Made by a program: the position numbers and the translations under genes
Notes under the pieces: generated by a model
Told to the model about the DNA's origin: nothing
Database searches by the model: none
What the model saw: the letters and a program-made list of their open reading frames with translations, nothing else
Source of the DNA: a candidate division WOR-3 bacterium
Lineage (GTDB): Bacteria > Hydrothermota > Tepidihabitantia > Tepidihabitantales > JAOUPE01
DNA length: 14,244 nt
NCBI GenBank assembly: GCA_039801565.1
Contig: JBDRUX010000066.1
Span: 1 to 14,244 of the forward strand
Direction: 5' to 3'
In this document: piece after piece, positions 14,206 through 14,244 of the stretch
Layout: every line of letters starts with the position of its first letter
How positions within the stretch are numbered: position 1 is the stretch's first letter

Positions 14206-14244
14206 CTAAAAATGACCGATTTTTTCGTCTATCTTGTTAATCAT

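Overview
AT-rich bacterial window from an anaerobe; the Omp28/T9SS-CTD-type proteins and repeat style suggest an FCB-related lineage such as WOR-3 (inference only). There are two + strand transcription units. Unit 1 (970-3711) encodes two exported Omp28-like CxxC thioredoxin-fold proteins, a secreted protein with an Ig-like C-terminal sorting domain, and a 46-aa CD1871A-like CxxC membrane peptide missing from the ORF track. Unit 2 (4017-13878) is a 10-gene low-potential methyl-transfer operon: double-cubane-cluster reductase plus its ATP-dependent activator, a SAM methyltransferase, a corrinoid protein, two URO-D/MtaA-type Zn methyltransferases, a minimal RACo-like corrinoid activator, an HgdAB-like pair and a second activator. 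The main discovery is that both units are preceded by the same unannotated leader. It consists of a sigma70 promoter, a conserved short uORF (FLFx[Y/F]RxD[F/W]GxxK) ending in UGA, a hairpin burying that UGA, a SECIS-like hairpin with a GGUC loop exactly 20 nt downstream, a G-free C-rich tract, and a second uORF that starts at the AUG overlapping the UGA and runs over the next gene's start. This looks like a selenocysteine-decoding translational attenuator (selenium sensor) controlling a putative organo-selenium/methyl-thiol metabolism regulon. The cluster is bracketed by two inward-facing decayed copies of one XRE-HTH gene family, with a 12-bp-period GC-rich repeat array at the left end.
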